Assembly (NCBI GenBank): GCA_038203565.1
Contig: JBBRDV010000007.1
Coordinates: 1 to 39,355, forward strand
DNA: 39,355 nucleotides
Origin: Atribacterota bacterium
Lineage (GTDB): Bacteria; Atribacterota; Phoenicimicrobiia; Phoenicimicrobiales; Phoenicimicrobiaceae
Direction: 5' to 3'
Part shown: positions 36,727 to 39,355 of the stretch, in pieces
Layout: each line of letters starts with the position of its first letter
How positions within the stretch are numbered: position 1 is the first letter of the stretch
Made by a program: the position numbers and the translations under genes
The notes under the pieces: generated by a model
What the model saw: only the letters and a program-made list of their open reading frames with translations
What the model was told of the DNA's origin: nothing
The model's database searches: none

Positions 36727-37551
36727 ATGGAAGATTTAAAAGCAAAAGTCACAGAAAGTATAAAATTTATTAATAAAAAAAACAAGATCAAACCAAAAAT
36801 TGCTATTATATTAGGGACAGGATTAGGAAGGCTGGCAGAAGATATTGAGGAGAAAGAAATTATTCCTTATAGCGAGATTCCTAATTTTCCCGTATCTACA
36901 GTTCAAAGCCATAGCGGGAACCTGGTTTTGGGAAAGTTGGGCAATAAAGAAGTAGTGGCCATGCAGGGTAGATTTCATTATTATGAAGGTTATAGTCTAA
37001 AAGAAGTTACCTTTCCACTAAGGGTGATGAAAAAGTTAGGTGCAGATACAATTATTATTTCCAATGCAGCAGGCGGGATGAACCGTTTCTTTAAGAGGGG
37101 GGATTTAATGCTTATTATTGATCATATAAATCTATTTGGAGATAATCCTTTAATTGGCCCCAATGAAGAAGAACTAGGACCACGATTTCCAGATATGTCC
37201 GAAGCTTACAGCCAAAATCTGATCGAGTTAGCTAAAAAAGTAGCTTTAAAAGAAAAAATAAGATTACAAGAAGGAGTATACGCTGGTTTAACCGGTCCTA
37301 CTTTAGAGACTCCAGCTGAATATAGGTTTTTAATAAGTATTGGTGCAGATGCAGTAGGCATGTCCACAGTACCAGAGGTTATAGTAGCTAATCACATGGG
37401 AATGAAAGTATTGGGAATTTCCTGTATCACTGATTTAGCCATAGATGGGGTAATAGTAAAAACCAGCGTAGAGGAAATTCTAAAAGCTGCCTCGAATGCT
37501 GAACCGATTATGACTAAATTAATAAAGAAGGTAATTGAAAAAATTGATTAA
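36727..37551 (+). CDS. punA: Purine-nucleoside phosphorylase (trimeric PNP/PunA family)
   Basis: ILGTGLG, IPY.EIP.FP.STV..H.G, MQGRFHYYEGY, SNAAGG, GP..ETPAE, GADAVGMSTVPE. Confidence 0.92.
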   Translation: MEDLKAKVTESIKFINKKNKIKPKIAIILGTGLGRLAEDIEEKEIIPYSEIPNFPVSTVQSHSGNLVLGKLGNKEVVAMQGRFHYYEGYSLKEVTFPLRVMKKLGADTIIISNAAGGMNRFFKRGDLMLIIDHINLFGDNPLIGPNEEELGPRFPDMSEAYSQNLIELAKKVALKEKIRLQEGVYAGLTGPTLETPAEYRFLISIGADAVGMSTVPEVIVANHMGMKVLGISCITDLAIDGVIVKTSVEEILKAASNAEPIMTKLIKKVIEKID

Positions 37552-38002
37552 TGATGGTTTGAGAGTAGCTCTTCTATCTGCTTTGCCCATTACCGAATTA
37601 AGAGGGGCTATTCCGATAGCTCTAACAATTTATAAAATGCCGGTTTTTTCGGCTTATATATTTGCGGTATTAGGGAATATAGTTCCGGCAATTTTCTTAT
37701 TGCTATTTTTAAAGCCTTTTTCTAAATATTTACGTCAGTGGTATTATTTTGATATATTTTTTGAATGGCTTTTTAAAAGAACACGTCGGAATACCGAGGG
37801 AAAATTCGAAAAATACGGAGCCTTATTTTTATTATTTTTCGTAGCTATTCCTCTACCCGTAACAGGAGCCTGGACCGGTTCAGCTGCTGCATTTATCTTT
37901 GGCATAAGGTTTTGGTATGCCTTCCCAACAATAGTGGGAGGGGTTATGATAGCCGGGGTAATCGTTACTTTAGCCAGTTTGGGAGTGATTCGTTTTATAT
38001 AA
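37535..38002 (+). CDS. Putative small multi-drug export family membrane protein (COG2426)
   Basis: SALPITELRGAIP, GN..P, L..FVAIPLP.TGAWTG. Confidence 0.85.
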   Translation: MKKLINDGLRVALLSALPITELRGAIPIALTIYKMPVFSAYIFAVLGNIVPAIFLLLFLKPFSKYLRQWYYFDIFFEWLFKRTRRNTEGKFEKYGALFLLFFVAIPLPVTGAWTGSAAAFIFGIRFWYAFPTIVGGVMIAGVIVTLASLGVIRFI

Positions 38003-38013
38003 AAGGATGAAAG

Positions 38014-39048
38014 ATGAAAACTATCGAATGGAAAGATGGGAAAGTGTTTCTAATCGATCAGAGAAAGCTTCCTTTAAAATATGAAATAATTAATTGTTCT
38101 ACTTATCAAGAAGTAGCAGAAGCTATTAAGAAGATGAAAATAAGGGGCGCACCGGCTATTGGAGTGGCGGCTGCCTTTGGTATGACCTTAGCTGCTTATT
38201 CTTCAAAAGCAGGTACCTATGGAGAATTTATCCAAGATATGGAAAAGGCTAAAAATTGCCTGGCACTTACTCGACCTACGGCAGTTAATCTGTTTTGGGC
38301 TTTAGGAAGAATGATGAATTTGATTAATATAAAAGAAAATATTGATTTATTTAAATTAAAAGATATAATTTTACAGGAAGCTGAAAATATTGCCCGGGAA
38401 GATATTGAGATAAATAAGGCAATGGGAAGATACGGAGCTTCACTCATTAAAGATGGGGACAATATTCTTACTCACTGTAATGCCGGAGCTCTGGCTACTG
38501 TAGATCATGGTACTGCTTTGGGGGTGATTCGTACTGCCTTTAAAGAAGGAAAGAAAATACATGTCTATGTCGGTGAAACCAGGCCGGTATTACAGGGGGC
38601 AAGGCTTACTACCTGGGAATTAATGCAGGAGAAAATTCCTTTTACTCTGATCACTGATAATATGGCCGGGTTTTTGATGTCTCAAAAAAAGGTAGACTTA
38701 ATCATAGTTGGGGCAGATCGGATTGCTCGAAACGGTGATGTGGTAAATAAAATCGGAACTTATTCTTTGTCTGTTTTAGCCCGAGAAAATAAAGTCCCTT
38801 TTTATATTGCTGCTCCGATATCTACTATTGATGTATCGATAGGATCGGGGAAGGAAATCCCCATTGAAGAGAGAGACCCGAAAGAAGTTACTCAAATATT
38901 GGGTAAACAGATAGCCCCTGCAGGAGTAAAAGTATTTAATCCAGCTTTTGATCTTACGCCCCATGGCTATGTAGAGGCTATTATTACTGAAAAGGGGATT
39001 ATTAGAAAACCTTTCGAAGAAAATATTAAATTAGTCGTTAGTATTTAG
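38014..39048 (+). CDS. mtnA: S-methyl-5-thioribose-1-phosphate isomerase
   Basis: IDQRKLP, IRGAPAIG, TRPTAVNL, LTHCNAG.LAT, ETRP.LQGARLT.WEL, GADRIA.NGD..NKIGTY, NPAFD.TP. Confidence 0.95.
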   Translation: MKTIEWKDGKVFLIDQRKLPLKYEIINCSTYQEVAEAIKKMKIRGAPAIGVAAAFGMTLAAYSSKAGTYGEFIQDMEKAKNCLALTRPTAVNLFWALGRMMNLINIKENIDLFKLKDIILQEAENIAREDIEINKAMGRYGASLIKDGDNILTHCNAGALATVDHGTALGVIRTAFKEGKKIHVYVGETRPVLQGARLTTWELMQEKIPFTLITDNMAGFLMSQKKVDLIIVGADRIARNGDVVNKIGTYSLSVLARENKVPFYIAAPISTIDVSIGSGKEIPIEERDPKEVTQILGKQIAPAGVKVFNPAFDLTPHGYVEAIITEKGIIRKPFEENIKLVVSI

Positions 39049-39215
39049 TATATAGTATATAGTAAAGAAGAAAGAATAAAAAAGTTCAAATTGAAACCAG
39101 TTTACCAGTTATTTTAGCAACACGGCGTACCGTTTTGAATTAACATGAGATACAATTTTAGGTTTTGCTCTTTTGTTTTTCACTATATACTAAATACTAT
39201 ATACTATATACTATA
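39032..39215. repeat. Inverted pair of heptamer arrays enclosing ~115 nt
   Basis: TAGTCGT TAGTATT TAGTATA TAGTATA TAGTAAA (39032-39066) versus CACTATA TACTAAA TACTATA TACTATA TACTATA (39181-39215). Confidence 0.85.
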
Positions 39216-39219
39216 ATAA

Positions 39220-39355
<136 letters not shown>

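Noticed and set aside
38257..38267. TGCCTGGCACT core-like match inside mtnA
   Set aside because: In coding sequence (CLAL) with no extended complementary arms; likely chance

Overview
Low-GC bacterial chromosomal segment, mostly + strand genes. It combines Firmicutes-like gene order with diderm envelope genes (Omp85, ExbBD), which suggests a lineage such as Atribacterota/JS1 (inference only). In order it contains: a partial HepT/DUF86 toxin; a frameshifted pseudouridine kinase with psuG; a geranylgeranyl-reductase-family gene; a long-form glucose-1-P thymidylyltransferase; a peptidase/beta-propeller/Omp85 protein; a RAYT-like HUH (Y1) transposase; an amidohydrolase; an Ig/beta-helix lipoprotein; envelope glycan genes; mreD-mrdA-rodA-radical SAM pair-rng-rplU-rpmA-obgE; a TPR-exbB-exbD-(TonB-like/DUF3048) cluster; and xerD-punA-COG2426-mtnA-murA. 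The most striking signal is a 41-bp palindrome, AAAAGTTAACCAAAGGTGCC-W-GGCACCTTTGGTTAACTTTT. It occurs nine times in intergenic spaces between 441 and 20917, and two copies bracket the transposase. Variant copies carry compensatory arm changes, and two distal hairpins keep only the GTGCCWGGCAC core, which points to a non-canonical REP/RAYT system. Other notable items are the ExbBD partner with a DUF3048 domain in place of TonB_C, a dif-like site directly upstream of xerD, 7- and 8-nt periodic intergenic arrays, and a perfect 46-bp palindrome that mirrors coding sequence.
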